A stretch of 42,812 nucleotides of DNA from a virus (IMGVR_UViG_2872192773_000007), one strand, 5' to 3'. Shown: positions 21,019 to 34,377, counted from the stretch's first letter. Program-made: numbers and translations. The notes: generated by a model not told the origin, from the sequence alone.

Positions 21019-21876
21019 CTAATTGGGTGATAACAGATCCTGTGTATGGGCGTTTCCCTTTGTGCGTGCGTTGATGCTGGTAACGGTAAACGTCATGATG
21101 AACACGACCGCGAATAAGACGACAATCGTCGGAGCTGGTGCGCTGTCGATAAAAAAGGACAGCCAGACACCAGTCATTGACACTATTACCGATATGCCAG
21201 TCGCCAGTAGGAGCGCAATATGAAAGCGTTGTGTCAGGAGTACTGCAATGGCGCCAGGCGCAATGAGCAGAGAAATAGAGAGAATGATACCTACTGCTTT
21301 CAGCGTCGCCACAATGGTCAGGGAAACCATGCACAGCAGCCCATAATGCAGCCATCTCGTATGCAAACCGCTTACCTGCGCCTGTTGATAATCAAAGCTG
21401 AACAGCAAAAAATCCCGCCATTTTACGCTAATAACAAGTGTAACCAGCCCGGCAATAATCACCGTCTGGATTATATCGCCGATGGTTATCCCGAGCATGT
21501 CGCCGAAAAGAATATGGTCAAGATGTACGTCTGGTTTAATTGCAATATACAAGATCAGACCTGCGGCAAACATGCCAGAAAAAACAATCCCCATAACTGT
21601 ATCTTGCTTGATTCGGCTGTTGTCTTTCAGGTATCCCGTCGCCACCGCGCAGAATACTCCGGCGACGAATGCCCCTGTAGCCAGAGGTAACCCCAGAATC
21701 CAGGTAAGCACGATGCCAGGAAAAACCGCATGACTCATCGCGTCACCCATCAGTGCCCAACCTTTCAGGACCAGAAAGACCGACAGCAGCGCACAGGGTA
21801 TGGAAACTACCAGTGAAATCAGCAGTGCGTGACTCATAAAGGTGAACTGCAGTGGCTCCAGTAATAATGCCATCAT
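21019..21876 (-). CDS. sitD: Mn/Fe ABC transporter permease SitD
   Basis: 285-aa multi-pass membrane protein, last gene of a four-gene minus-strand operon with overlapping stop/start codons. Confidence 0.85.
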   Translation of the reverse strand: MMALLLEPLQFTFMSHALLISLVVSIPCALLSVFLVLKGWALMGDAMSHAVFPGIVLTWILGLPLATGAFVAGVFCAVATGYLKDNSRIKQDTVMGIVFSGMFAAGLILYIAIKPDVHLDHILFGDMLGITIGDIIQTVIIAGLVTLVISVKWRDFLLFSFDYQQAQVSGLHTRWLHYGLLCMVSLTIVATLKAVGIILSISLLIAPGAIAVLLTQRFHIALLLATGISVIVSMTGVWLSFFIDSAPAPTIVVLFAVVFIMTFTVTSINARTKGNAHTQDLLSPN

Positions 21877-22730
21877 GAGCGATCCTCCAGCGCTTTATGC
21901 GCACGCCGACGATTTGCCAAAAGTCCATGGGTGGGCGCAAATACAAATGCTAAAAGAAACAGCAGTGTCTGCGCCACCACGATGATTCCACCTGTCGCGC
22001 CGTCCAGAAAGTAACTGACCCACGCGCCGAGGAAACTGGTTACACTGCCAATAGTTACAGCAATTATGAGCAGGCGGGGAAAACGATCGGTTAACAACCA
22101 TGCTGTTGCACCGGGAGTCACCACCAGACAGATCACCAGAAACGCACCAACCGTTTGCAGCGCCGCAACGGTCGAAACCGACAGCAGGGTGAAGAAGAGG
22201 ATTTTTAATCTGCCCGGATGTAATCCAATAGCACGGGCGTGATTCTCGTCGAAAAAGGTCACCATAAGATCTTTCCATTTGAAAAAAAGCACGATGATCG
22301 AGAGAATGCCAATGATAGTGAGTTGCAGGATATCCGCCGGATCGATTGCCAGAATATTGCCCAGGACGATGGTCTGAATGTTCACGGATGTCGGGTTCAA
22401 TGACACCATAAACAGCCCCAGGCCAAAAAAGGACGAGAAGATCAGGCCGATGATGGCATCTTCTTTTAAGCGGGTGCGTTGGTTAAGAAACAGCATGCTG
22501 CCCGCTGCCAGTCCGCCGGAAAAGAAGGCTCCCAGAGAAAACGGAAGCCCCAGCATATATGCCCCCGCAACACCCGGGACAATAGAGTGCGACAGCGCAT
22601 CGCCAATCAGCGACCAGCCTTTTAGCATCAGATAGCATGACAGGAAAGCGCAGAGACCGCCGACCATTGCCGAGACCCACATCGCATTGAGCATATATTC
22701 ATAGCTGAAGGGTTCCAGTAGCACGTTCAT
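21873..22730 (-). CDS. sitC: Mn/Fe ABC transporter permease SitC
   Basis: 285-aa permease paralogous to SitD. Confidence 0.85.
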   Translation of the reverse strand: MNVLLEPFSYEYMLNAMWVSAMVGGLCAFLSCYLMLKGWSLIGDALSHSIVPGVAGAYMLGLPFSLGAFFSGGLAAGSMLFLNQRTRLKEDAIIGLIFSSFFGLGLFMVSLNPTSVNIQTIVLGNILAIDPADILQLTIIGILSIIVLFFKWKDLMVTFFDENHARAIGLHPGRLKILFFTLLSVSTVAALQTVGAFLVICLVVTPGATAWLLTDRFPRLLIIAVTIGSVTSFLGAWVSYFLDGATGGIIVVAQTLLFLLAFVFAPTHGLLANRRRAHKALEDRS

Positions 22731-23554
22731 CTTGCTTCCCTCTGCACCGCTGACGGTCGATGTGCCACAAAAGGGCGTTCATCGTCAGTAATAATGCTTT
22801 CTTCCGAGCCGTTAAGTGTGACATGGCGCAGTACGCCGCTAAAAGCCAGCTCCAGGTTCTCGGCTGTAAAAGTGGTGTCTGTCGGCCCGCTTGCCAGGAC
22901 GGTGCCTTTGACCATGACCGTATAATCGCAAAATGTCGTGACTGAGCCGAGATTGTGCGTTGAGACAAGCATCGTTTTGCCTTCCGCGCGTAACTCCCTC
23001 AACAGGCTGATGATTTTCGCTTCGGTTTTCACATCAACGCCGGTAAAAGGTTCATCCAGCAGGATCACATCACCCTGCTGTGCAATTGCTCTCGCCAGAA
23101 AGACGCGTTTCTTTTGTCCACCGGAAAGCTCGCCGATTTGACGATGGCGAAAATCCACCATATCGACACGTTCCAGCGCATCGGTGACAATCTGACGATC
23201 CCTCTTTTTGGCTATACGCAACATACCCATATGCCCATAGCGGCCCATCATCACCACATCTTCCACCAGTACAGGAAATGACCAGTCAACCTCTTCTGAC
23301 TGAGGGACGTAGGCAACCAGGTTTTTCTGTAGCGCCTGTCGCGTGGGAATACCCAGAACAGATATCTTTCCGCTGGTCAGACGCACAAATCCCATAATCG
23401 CTTTAAACAACGTCGATTTTCCGGAACCGTTTACCCCAACCAGAGCGGCAATAGATCCACTTGGTACTGTGAAGGATGCATCGCGCAGTGCTGTGTGCCC
23501 GTTACGCCAGGTGACAGTAACATCATTAACGACAATGCCTGCAGATTGCATCAT
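22727..23554 (-). CDS. sitB: Mn/Fe ABC transporter ATP-binding protein SitB
   Basis: Walker [13 protein letters not shown] signature LSGGQKKR, Walker B ILLDEP. Confidence 0.9.
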   Translation of the reverse strand: MMQSAGIVVNDVTVTWRNGHTALRDASFTVPSGSIAALVGVNGSGKSTLFKAIMGFVRLTSGKISVLGIPTRQALQKNLVAYVPQSEEVDWSFPVLVEDVVMMGRYGHMGMLRIAKKRDRQIVTDALERVDMVDFRHRQIGELSGGQKKRVFLARAIAQQGDVILLDEPFTGVDVKTEAKIISLLRELRAEGKTMLVSTHNLGSVTTFCDYTVMVKGTVLASGPTDTTFTAENLELAFSGVLRHVTLNGSEESIITDDERPFVAHRPSAVQREAR

Positions 23555-24468
23555 TATTTCTCCCTTTTCCCGGCTTTAATTCCCTGTACCAGCGTACTGG
23601 TAGTAACCTTAAGAAGGTCGATATACGTAGGTACCGGGCCGTTTTCTGTGCTCAGGGAATCGACATAGAGCACACCGCCGTAGTGTGCGCCGGTTTCACG
23701 CGCAACCTGACGCGCTGGTTTATCGGAAATCGTACTCTCGCTAAAGACTGCCGGGATATGATTTTTCTTAACTATATCAACAACCTTACGTACCTGCTGC
23801 GGTGTTCCTTGTTGATCGGCATTAATCGGCCACAGATAAAGCTCTTTTAGCCCCAAATCGCGTGCGAGATAAGAAAAAGCCCCTTCACTGGTGACCATCC
23901 ATCGCTGATTCTCAGGGAGTTCCGTAATCTGCTTACGCAGGGGGGCAAGGGTTTGGGTAATCTTGGCTTTATAAGTATCGGCATTACGTTGGTAGGTTTG
24001 TGCATTTGCCGGATCGTATTTTATCAACGCATCACGAATATTATCGACGTAAATCAGAGCATTATCTGGCGACATCCATGCATGGGGATTAGGTTTGCCC
24101 TCATAGGGTCCTTCGGTGATCCCTACTGGCGTCACACCCGAAGAGACAATTACTTCTGGAACCCCATTGAGATGCTGGTAAAAGCGTTGGAACCACAATT
24201 CCAGATTCATACCATTGGCGAGAATCAGTTGTGCCCCCTGCGCACGTTTAATATCGCCAGGGGTAGGCTGATACTCATGAATTTCTGCACCAGGCTTGGT
24301 TATGGATGAGACTTCTGCAGCATCTCCAGCCACGTTTTTGGCCATATCCGCGATGATGGTAAATGTTGTAATGACCTTGAATTTTTCAGTTGCACTTGCC
24401 TGAAATGCGATCGAGCAGGTGAGGGCGAGGCACCCCAAGAGCATGGTTACTTTTTTTATTGAGTGCAT
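23554..24468 (-). CDS. sitA: periplasmic Mn/Fe-binding protein SitA
   Basis: 304 aa with signal peptide [26 protein letters not shown]; cluster-9 metal-binding-protein fold signature. Confidence 0.9.
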   Translation of the reverse strand: MHSIKKVTMLLGCLALTCSIAFQASATEKFKVITTFTIIADMAKNVAGDAAEVSSITKPGAEIHEYQPTPGDIKRAQGAQLILANGMNLELWFQRFYQHLNGVPEVIVSSGVTPVGITEGPYEGKPNPHAWMSPDNALIYVDNIRDALIKYDPANAQTYQRNADTYKAKITQTLAPLRKQITELPENQRWMVTSEGAFSYLARDLGLKELYLWPINADQQGTPQQVRKVVDIVKKNHIPAVFSESTISDKPARQVARETGAHYGGVLYVDSLSTENGPVPTYIDLLKVTTSTLVQGIKAGKREK

Positions 24469-24500
24469 AATTTAGTACCTATAGTGAGCAAAATTAGAAC

Positions 24501-24522
24501 AAACATAGCAACGGCTATGTTT
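24501..24522 (-). promoter_or_regulatory. MntR-box-like palindrome upstream of sitA
   Basis: AAACATAGC-AACG-GCTATGTTT perfect inverted repeat about 35-55 bp upstream of the sitA start. Confidence 0.5.
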
Positions 24523-24544
24523 TATAGCATAACCTATACAAAAT

Positions 24545-24563
24545 GAAAATAATTATCATTAAC
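24545..24563 (-). promoter_or_regulatory. Fur-box-like site upstream of sitA
   Basis: GAAAATAATTATCATTAAC, 15/19 match to GATAATGATAATCATTATC. Confidence 0.45.
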
Positions 24564-24683
24564 AGCTTTGAGGCCTAAAACAGGGATTAGGTTGTTTCCT
24601 GCTGGCGACATGATATTGAGGAAAAAAGTAGAGCAGCTATTAGGCTTTGAAATGACTTTATGAGGAAAATTGTTGATGGCAAA

Positions 24684-24930
24684 AATGGGGCAAAACGCTG
24701 TATAAGGGGCAAAAAAGGGGCAAAAAAGGGGCAAAAAAGAGTGGGTTATCGTAGCTTATTGTTGTCGCTGATAATGTTTAACATATTGAAAAATAAATAA
24801 AATACTTATGAGTCAGATAGTTGTGATTTTTGCCCTTACTTGTTCAGGTCGTATTGTTCTTTCTTTGTAATTTGTTGATTTTCTTGCATTATTTCAGTTC
24901 TCTGGTACTAAATGGGGCAAATTGGGGGCA
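24684..24930. repeat. iteron-like GGGGCAAAA repeat array with AT-rich spacer
   Basis: At least 7 copies of (A)GGGGCAAA(A), including 3 tandem 11-bp units at about 24705-24740 and one inverted copy; AT-rich 24760-24900; sits at the 3' end of the integrase gene. Confidence 0.5.
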
Positions 24931-24940
24931 AACTTTGCAA

Positions 24941-25580
24941 CTACGATAACCGCGCATTCAACATGGCTATCTGTTCGTCGTTCATGTCATCAATCCACAT
25001 ACCGTAAATTTCATACACCATTTGCGCAGTTTCATGCCCCATCTGGCTGGCTATAAATGCCGGGTTCGCTCCTGCCGTCAACAGCCAGCAGGCAAAAGTA
25101 TGTCGCGTGTGGTACGGATTACGGCGGCGAATACCAGCACGTTTTACTGCTGCATTCCATCTTGTACCCAAACTGCTTACCGAGTAATAAGGTTTCTGTT
25201 TTTCGTTACACACCCTGGGCATGAAAACAAAATGCAGTTTTTGTTTTTCAGTTCTGCCGTACTCCCGATGATAAAAAGTGATTTCGCTTTTGCGATGATG
25301 CCCGGTCAGTTTGTATTGCTCCTTCAGTGCTTCAAGAGCCGGCTGCAGTAATGTTACCGTCCGGATCCCGGCATTTGTTTTTGGGGGACCGAACATATCA
25401 AGTATCGTCAGGTTTCTTCTGACATTCACAATTCCCTTCTCGAAATCCACATCCTCCCACGCCAGAGCTGCCAGTTCCCCGTGACGAAGCCCGGAGTAAA
25501 CGGCAAATTTCCACAAGTTTTGGCTCTGTCCTTTTTCACTTTCCATTAATGCATTGAATTCTGTTTTAGATAACGGGTCA
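24941..25580 (-). pseudogene. tyrosine recombinase (integrase) C-terminal catalytic part, 5'-truncated by IS1
   Basis: R...HTRHTFACWLL...Y motifs; reading frame runs into the IS1 left end. Confidence 0.7.
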
Positions 25581-25635
25581 GGTAATGCTGCCAACTTACT
25601 GATTTAGTGTATGATGGTGATTTTAAGGTGCTTGC

Positions 25636-25911
25636 GTGGCTTCCATTTCCATCAGATGTCCTTCCTGCTCCGCTACTGAAGGCGTGGTGCGTAACGGCAA
25701 AAGCACTGCCGGACATCAGCGCTATCTCTGCTCTCATTGCCGTAAAACATGGCAACTACAGTTCACTTACACCGCCTCTCAGCCCGGTACGCACCAGAAA
25801 ATCATTGATATGGCCATGAATGGCGTCGGATGTCGCGCCAGTGCACGCATTATGGGCGTTGGCCTCAACACGGTTTTACGTCACTTAAAAAACTCAGGCC
25901 GCAGTCGGTAA
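25636..25911 (+). CDS. insA: IS1 InsA
   Basis: 91-aa ORF. Confidence 0.85.
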   Translation: MASISIRCPSCSATEGVVRNGKSTAGHQRYLCSHCRKTWQLQFTYTASQPGTHQKIIDMAMNGVGCRASARIMGVGLNTVLRHLKNSGRSR

Positions 25912-26333
25912 CCTCGCGCATACAACCGGGCAGTGATGTGATTGTCTGCGCTGAAATGGACGAACATTGGGGCTACGTCGGTGCTAAATCACGTCAGCGC
26001 TGGCTGTTTTACGCGTATGACAGGATACGGAGGACGGTTGTGGCGCACGTCTTCGGTGAACGCACTCTGGCCACACTGGAGCGTCTTCTGAGCCTGCTGT
26101 CGGCCTTTGAGGTCGTGGTATGGATGACGGATGGCTGGCCGCTGTATGAATCACGCCTGAAGGGAAAGCTGCACATTATCAGCAAGCGTTACACTCAGCG
26201 CATTGAGCGACATAATCTGAATCTGAGACAACATCTGGCAAGGCTGGTACGGAAGTCACTGTCGTTCTCAAAATCGGTGGAGCTGCATGACAAGGTCATC
26301 GGGCATTATCTGAACATAAAACACTATCAGTAA
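25830..26333 (+). CDS. insB: IS1 InsB frame
   Basis: 167-aa ORF (one W/C substitution relative to the other copies). Confidence 0.85.
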   Translation: MSRQCTHYGRWPQHGFTSLKKLRPQSVTSRIQPGSDVIVCAEMDEHWGYVGAKSRQRWLFYAYDRIRRTVVAHVFGERTLATLERLLSLLSAFEVVVWMTDGWPLYESRLKGKLHIISKRYTQRIERHNLNLRQHLARLVRKSLSFSKSVELHDKVIGHYLNIKHYQ

Positions 26334-26349
26334 GTTGGAGTCATTACCC

Positions 26350-26520
26350 ACCGGAACTGATTTGATGAACTATCAACGCTCTTAAATTCCCGGCCTTTTT
26401 AATGTTACTGTTAGTAATCTCCCAGCCTTTCAATGTTTCCCGACATCGTTTTCCTCGAAACATGAACCAGATGCGAATGTATTTACCTCGAATCTCGACA
26501 CCTGTTGGTAATTTAGACAT
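26350..26520 (-). pseudogene. integrase N-terminal fragment (about 57 aa)
   Basis: Minus-strand translation MSKLPTGVEIRGKYIRIWFMFRGKRCRETLKGWEITNSNIKKAGNLRALIVHQ... (integrase N-terminal arm-binding-domain type); same orientation as the C-terminal fragment on the other side of IS1. Confidence 0.5.
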
Positions 26521-26736
26521 ATCATGAGTCTTTGATAAACTGATTTATCTTCGGATAGTTGTACCAGATAATCCCTCGCTTACTGTCTGGCTTCCCTAAA
26601 GGAGATACTCGTTTGAAGTGGAAGCCTTCCACCCAACAGTTCTGGCGGTATGCTTCAATTTGTCTGGCACCCAGACCAGTGCGAAGCATCAGGCTGAACC
26701 GCCCCGGGTTTCCTGGAGAGTGTTTTATCTGTGAAC

Positions 26737-27619
<883 letters not shown>

Positions 27620-27623
<4 letters not shown>

Positions 27624-27946
27624 TTTTTCCAGAGGCGGTCGAACTCCGCCTTCGCAAAATAAGCGGAAGCCTGGCGAAGGATATCGTTACTGCGGTGCAG
27701 TTCACGATTTTCACGCTCCAGCTCTTTCAGACGCTGACGTTCAGCGGTGGTGAGCCCTCCATCACCGCCCCCGGTATCCCGCTCATGCTGGCGAACCCAG
27801 ACACGCAGAGTCTCCGGCGTACAGCCAATCTTTGGGGCAATGGAACAAATTGTCGCCCATTGTGAGTCATATTCGCCCTGACTTTCCAGAACCATACGGA
27901 CTGCCCGTTGACGGACTTCGGGGGAAAAACGAGTATTTTTAGTCAT
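27620..27946 (-). CDS. IS629 OrfA
   Basis: 108-aa [26 protein letters not shown]... Confidence 0.85.
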
Positions 27947-28000
27947 CCTGTTTACCTCTTTCTCAGGAAGTTTAGTCTCCAGGATTCCCGGGGCGGTTCA

Positions 28001-28361
28001 TTCCCAAAATGCACTTGGTTTTACACCGGAATATTCTCATCGTATCCTGCTTGTTGCGTTTCGTTTTGTGTTTGTGGATCCGGGAATGCATATTCAACGC
28101 CTTCCAGTTCAATCCATAGTGCATTACGACCAGCTTTGATTGTCGGCCAGTCCATACCTTTGATTCTTTCCCATGAGCGGGAGGTGAATGTTTTTTCCAG
28201 CAAATCAGCTTTTGCGCGTTTGGCGTCGTTACTGGTGCCCCCATGGTGCTTGTTGAGCAACTCGATAATTTCATCAAGTTAATTTCATCAAGTGCGATTT
28301 CTTTTGCACGCTTTTCTTTTAGCCATGTCGGTGTACCGTCGTTGGCAAATAATTCACTGTT
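28001..28361 (-). pseudogene. phage gene fragment (Rac-like recombination-module region), frameshifted by a 14-bp tandem duplication
   Basis: Two overlapping minus-strand ORF pieces; perfect tandem TAATTTCATCAAGT x2 at about 28266-28293; bounded by IS629 and IS911. Confidence 0.3.
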
Positions 28362-28369
28362 TGAAGTGG

Positions 28370-29538
<1,169 letters not shown>

Positions 29539-29610
29539 TGGAGCACCTGTGTTGTTCTGAGGTGAGCATATCACCTCTGTTCAGGTGGCCAAATTCAGTG
29601 TGCCACTTCA

Positions 29611-29861
29611 CAGCCATGTACCGGATGTGTTCTGCCATGCGCTCCTGAAACTCAACATCATCATCAAATGCGTGGCTGATTGCCTGTTTATTGGCACCGT
29701 GGCGTTGCAAATGGTCGATGCAGAGCGATTCAAACAGGTGCTGAGGCAGACCTTTTTCCAGGTCGTCCGCCAGTTCCGTTTCTTTTTCTTCACGAACGAT
29801 CTGCTGGTAGTGACGAGCCCATGCCATTTCTTCAATACGATCAAAAATCGGATAAGCGCTC
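29611..29861 (-). pseudogene. gene fragment trapped between IS911 and IS600 (about 83 codons, both ends missing)
   Basis: Open minus-strand frame ...[57 protein letters not shown]...; identity not established. Confidence 0.3.
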
Positions 29862-29925
29862 TGAGGTAGCCTGAGTTTAACGGACACTCCTTCCTGAAAT
29901 AGAATGGCATCAGAAGGAGCTAATA

Positions 29926-30228
29926 ATGAGCAGAAAAACCCAACGTTACTCTAAAGAGTTCAAAGCCGAAGCTGTCAGAACGGTTCTTGAAAATCAACTT
30001 TCGATCAGTGAAGGCGCTTCCCGATTATCTCTTCCTGAAGGCACTTTAGGACAATGGGTTACCGCCGCCAGAAAAGGGCTCGGTACTCCTGGTTCCCGCA
30101 CGGTGGCTGAACTGGAATCTGAAATTCTGCAACTGCGTAAGGCGTTAAATGAAGCTCGCCTTGAGCGAGATATATTAAAAAAAGCAACAGCGTATTTTGC
30201 ACAGGAGTCGCTGAAAAATACGCGTTAA
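29926..30228 (+). CDS. IS600 OrfA
   Basis: 100-aa ORF. Confidence 0.9.
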   Translation: MSRKTQRYSKEFKAEAVRTVLENQLSISEGASRLSLPEGTLGQWVTAARKGLGTPGSRTVAELESEILQLRKALNEARLERDILKKATAYFAQESLKNTR

Positions 30229-30263
30229 TCGAACAATGGCGACAACAATTTCCCATTGAAGCG

Positions 30264-31082
30264 ATGTGTCAGGTATTTGGTGTATCCAGGAGCGGTTATT
30301 ACAACTGGGTACAGCATGAACCCTCAGACAGAAAACAAAGTGATGAGCGGCTAAAACTGGAGATTAAGGTGGCACATATCCGCACTCGCGAAACATATGG
30401 AACCCGGCGGCTCCAGACGGAGCTGGCAGAGAATGGCATCATCGTTGGTCGTGACCGACTGGCACGTCTTCGTAAGGAGCTGAGGCTACGCTGTAAGCAG
30501 AAACGCAAGTTCAGAGCGACTACGAACCCGAACCACAATCTGCCAGTTGCGCCAAATCTGCTGAACCAGACGTTCGCTCCTACAGCACCAAATCAGGTCT
30601 GGGTGGCGGACCTGACGTATGTTGCCACACAGGAGGGATGGTTGTACCTCGCTGGCATCAAAGATGTTTATACGTGTGAAATTGTCGGCTACGCCATGGG
30701 AGAGCGCATGACAAAAGAGCTGACAGGTAAAGCCCTGTTTATGGCGCTCAGGAGCCAGCGCCCACCTGCCGGGCTAATCCACCACTCTGATCGAGGTTCA
30801 CAGTACTGCGCATACGATTACCGGGTCATACAGGAGCAGTCTGGTCTGAAAACATCAATGTCGCGTAAAGGTAACTGTTACGACAACGCTCCGATGGAAA
30901 GCTTCTGGGGAACGCTGAAAAATGAGAGCCTGAGCCACTATCGTTTTAATAACCGGGATGAAGCCACCTCAGTAATACGGGAATACATTGAGATTTTCTA
31001 CAATCGTCAGCGTCGTCACTCTCGTCTGGGGAATATCTCCCCGGCAGCCTTCAGGGAAAAATATCATCAGATGGCTGCTTAA
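30264..31082 (+). CDS. IS600 OrfB
   Basis: 272-aa ORF (one I/T substitution). Confidence 0.9.
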   Translation: MCQVFGVSRSGYYNWVQHEPSDRKQSDERLKLEIKVAHIRTRETYGTRRLQTELAENGIIVGRDRLARLRKELRLRCKQKRKFRATTNPNHNLPVAPNLLNQTFAPTAPNQVWVADLTYVATQEGWLYLAGIKDVYTCEIVGYAMGERMTKELTGKALFMALRSQRPPAGLIHHSDRGSQYCAYDYRVIQEQSGLKTSMSRKGNCYDNAPMESFWGTLKNESLSHYRFNNRDEATSVIREYIEIFYNRQRRHSRLGNISPAAFREKYHQMAA

Positions 31083-31129
31083 AAAAAGAACAAATGGTAG
31101 TGTCCGCTATTGCCAGTACACCTCACAGG

Positions 31130-32554
31130 CTACCTCAAGGCAGCCAGTAATTTGTCTGCATCGACAGGATTTTTGGGCGGAATGTTTTTCCGGGCTTCAT
31201 GGAGTTCTGCCCGTAGTTCCTGATATTTCTCATCAACAGAATTTACCTGTGACTGAGCATCCAGCGGCTGCGTGTTCTGATGATGTTCAGTTGCATCCGG
31301 TTCCATTGTTTCAGCCGTTGCCTGTTCATCTGCCATTGCGCCAGATGGCTGCGTTTTTTCTTCATCATCCTGTTTTCCTTCTTCTGTTACACGTTGCGGC
31401 ATCGGGGCAGAGGAGCGACCGCAGGCAATATCCACGATTTCCGGATCAGGGTTGGCATGATCGGTTTCAGTCAGTACCTTGTTCAGATATTCAGTGACGT
31501 GAGCGGGGATGACCTCGATACCAATCGGTGCTTCTTTCACTGACGCAACCACGATGGCGCGGGAATAATCCATCCCGCCAGGCATGGTGATGAATTTGTC
31601 GCGGAAAACAGAAAAGGGCGGTTTATTTTCAGCGATAATTTCCTCGACACGTTTAGCGTGTGCCGGATGAAGGTTATAAATGTCCACGTCCATTGAACGA
31701 GCCAGTACGCCAGTGGCTACGTCGCGCGCCAGTGACGTCAGATCGTGAACGAAACCTTCGCCGCGATCGGTGAGGTTCCCGCCGCCAGCATTAGCGCCGG
31801 AAGCCGTGCGCGTGATGCGTGAAACACGATTTCCTTTCATCCACTCTTTTGTCAGCAGACCGCGATCGGTGTAGTCTGCGTCCATGTATGCTTCGAAAAA
31901 AGCAGTCATCAGCCCCAGGCTTGAATTGCCTGGATTAGGGAAAACTCTGTCAGTATCACGCACCAGTTTGTGGAGATCGCGAATTTCCAGCGGATCGAGC
32001 AGGCTGGTTTTGTGGGAAACAGCCAGGGCAGTAACAGCTGGTAGTTCTTCATCCCGAGCAATGTGTAATGCCTGGAGTTCGTCGCGTGAAACGTGCGTTA
32101 CTGGTTTTTCGCTGCCGTGTTGCGCAAGCCAGCGAATGGGCAGTTCCTGACCGGAAACTGGCAGGAGCATGTTCTCCTCAATTTCTGTCATGTCTTCGCC
32201 GTTGACGTTGGTATTGTCAGTGCTGGCCGGTTTGTCCTGAACAGAGGGAGAAGATGCGATAAATACCATTGTGATGCCATCTTCCCCGCCTTTTTCGTAA
32301 CGGTTGCAGAATTCCGTATCAAATACGCCTTCTGGCGGGAGGTCATCAACAACGGGCAAATTGACGCGAACAGGTTTTTTAAAGTCATCTTCATCGTAGC
32401 CTGCATCGTCAATCGCAACAGCACCACGGGAGATGGCAATGGATAATTTTTTCGCTTCAGCCCAGTAAAAACCGCCTTTAATACCGAGACGTTTTCTTAC
32501 TTTGTCATTTTTTGCTTCGTAATACAGTGGGTAAACTTGTTTATCGGTGTTCAT
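31130..32554 (-). pseudogene. recE: exonuclease VIII (RecE)-like, N-terminal about 474 aa; 3' part removed at IS600
   Basis: Large acidic ORF immediately upstream of racC/ydaE/kilR-sized genes in Rac order; stop lies 5 bp from the IS600 end; identification rests on gene order and recalled sequence, not a search. Confidence 0.55.
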
Positions 32555-32653
32555 TGTTTTTTAACCTCAACTCAGATTAAAATTACTGCGAGTGATGAAT
32601 AAATGTCCCAGGTTCTTCATTCAGGCCTGCACAGTGTGCAGGCTTTCTTTTTT

Positions 32654-32929
32654 TCAGATTTCACCTTTTAATTTCATTGCAATCAGAGTTGCCAGAAATT
32701 CGGCTTTTTTTTCTGCGGGCAGATTCTTTCCTATGTGCACCAGACACATTTTTTTTACACCATCGTTAAGTGTTTTAACGTTGCCTGATGGACCGTCGAT
32801 ATCAACCACAGTGAATGGGGTTTCTTTATTTTCTGTCTTAATCACGTAGCCAATACGCTTTCCTTCCAGATTAACCTCGTGAACAATGTCATCAGTAGTT
32901 ACAACAGTGGCTTCATAACTGGTAATCAT
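32654..32929 (-). CDS. racC: RacC-like protein (91 aa)
   Basis: 91-aa ORF MITSYEATVVTTDDIVHEVNLEGKRIGYV...; size and position match Rac racC. Confidence 0.6.
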   Translation of the reverse strand: MITSYEATVVTTDDIVHEVNLEGKRIGYVIKTENKETPFTVVDIDGPSGNVKTLNDGVKKMCLVHIGKNLPAEKKAEFLATLIAMKLKGEI

Positions 32930-33003
32930 GTTTTTCTCCTTAATTAAGGTTGAGCGAATCCCTGCCATTGCTGGCATAAATTCAGTTTCGGATAGTCAGT
33001 TAA

Positions 33004-33174
33004 TTAAAGTTCGTGTGCCATCTGGTCTTTTTCGGCACAGATTTCACTACAATATTTTTTCATTTCCGTCGTTGGTATAACTCCACGCATGAAATGAAGT
33101 GGTCTTGTAATGATTTTGCTTTCTTCAATTTCTTTATTGCAAAGGTGATAAGCACATTTTATTTTCTTAGTCAT
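33004..33174 (-). CDS. ydaE: YdaE-like zinc-ribbon protein (56 aa)
   Basis: [56 protein letters not shown]; four Cys; ATG overlaps the kilR stop. Confidence 0.6.
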   Translation of the reverse strand: MTKKIKCAYHLCNKEIEESKIITRPLHFMRGVIPTTEMKKYCSEICAEKDQMAHEL

Positions 33175-33395
33175 TACCATGACTCCGCCTTTACAGGTAA
33201 ACCATCACGACCGAGGAAGACTTTAATCATGCAGTCAGAAATGCATGTTTTTGTAGTCAGGCTACGAATATAAAGTTTTCGCTTTTTAATATTGTTTGCC
33301 GAGGCGATATATGTCCGACCTTCATGAAGAACATAATCGCCAGGAGTCACACACTGACGTGGTATTTCATCAGTTCCGAAGTGATGAGCAATCAT
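33174..33395 (-). CDS. kilR: KilR-like killing protein (FtsZ inhibitor), 73 aa, intact
   Basis: 73-aa ORF with perfect TAAGGAGG RBS; [32 protein letters not shown]... Confidence 0.65.
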   Translation of the reverse strand: MIAHHFGTDEIPRQCVTPGDYVLHEGRTYIASANNIKKRKLYIRSLTTKTCISDCMIKVFLGRDGLPVKAESW

Positions 33396-33471
33396 GGAAG
33401 CCTCCTTAATAAACAGTCTTACAAAGGAAATCTCAGGAAAGTTATTTAATACTTAGCAGCTGGATTTGCCC

Positions 33472-34377
33472 CTATATTTCCAGACATCTGTTATCACTTA
33501 ACCCATTACAAGCCCGCTGCCGCAGATATTCCCGTGGCGAGCGATAACCCAGCGCACTATGCGGATGCCATTCGTTATAATGCTCGAACGCCTCTGCAAG
33601 GTTCTTTGCTGCCGTTAACCCGTCTGGTTTGGGCATGATACTGATGTAGTCACGCTTTATCGTTTTCACGAAGCTCTCTGCTATTCCGTTACTCTCCGGA
33701 CTCCGCACCGCCGTGTTCTTCGGTTCAAGTCCCAACATCCGGGCGAACTGGCGTGTTTCATTAGCCCGGTAGCATGAACCATTATCCGTCAGCCACTCCA
33801 CTGGAGACGACGGAAGATCGTTGCCGAAGCGGCGTTCCACTGCTCCCAGCATGACGTCCTGTACTGTTTCACTGTTGAAGCCGCCGGTAGTCACCGCCCA
33901 GTGCAGTGCCTCACGATCACAGCAGTCCAGCGCGAACGTGACACGCAGTCTCTCTCCGTTATCACAGCAGAACTCGAACCCGTCAGAGCACCATCGCTGA
34001 TTGCTTTCTTTCACGGCCACTCTGCCTGTATGTGCCCGTTTCGATGGCGGTACAGCAGGTTTTCGCTCAAGCAACAGCGCATTCTGGCGCATGAGCCGGT
34101 AAACACGTTTGGCATTGATCGCAGGCATACCATCAAGTTCTGCCTGTCTGCGAAGCAGCGCCCATACCCGACGATAACCATACGTGGGCAGCTCTCCGAT
34201 AACATGGTGTATACGGAGAAGCACATCCGTATCATCAGTGTGACGACTGCGGCGGCCATCCATCCAGTCATCGGTTCGTCTGAGAATGACGTGCAACTGC
34301 GCACGCGACACCCGGAGACAACGGCTGACTAAGCTTACTCCCCATCCCCGGGCAATAAGGGCGCGTGCGCTATCCAC
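33472..34377 (-). CDS. insD: IS2 transposase InsD
   Basis: 301-aa ORF. Confidence 0.9.
   Translation of the reverse strand: MDSARALIARGWGVSLVSRCLRVSRAQLHVILRRTDDWMDGRRSRHTDDTDVLLRIHHVIGELPTYGYRRVWALLRRQAELDGMPAINAKRVYRLMRQNALLLERKPAVPPSKRAHTGRVAVKESNQRWCSDGFEFCCDNGERLRVTFALDCCDREALHWAVTTGGFNSETVQDVMLGAVERRFGNDLPSSPVEWLTDNGSCYRANETRQFARMLGLEPKNTAVRSPESNGIAESFVKTIKRDYISIMPKPDGLTAAKNLAEAFEHYNEWHPHSALGYRSPREYLRQRACNGLSDNRCLEI

Larger units (their letters stand above)
25581..26348 (+). mobile_element. IS1 copy 3, no TSD
   Basis: 9-bp flanks AACGGGTCA and CACCGGAAC differ. Confidence 0.9.
29862..31125 (+). mobile_element. IS600 copy 4, complete, no TSD
   Basis: Flanks CTC and CAG differ. Confidence 0.9.

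Noticed and set aside
20915-21355. 146-aa minus-strand ORF overlapping the sitD 3' region, and plus-strand ORFs inside sitB/C/D (21220-21690, 22378-22635 and others).
   Set aside because: Alternative frames of well-supported sit genes.
24684-24930. Possible CRISPR array suggested by the GGGGCAAAA repeats.
   Set aside because: Repeat unit of only 9-11 bp, no regularly sized spacers, no cas genes; better explained as iterons or arm sites.
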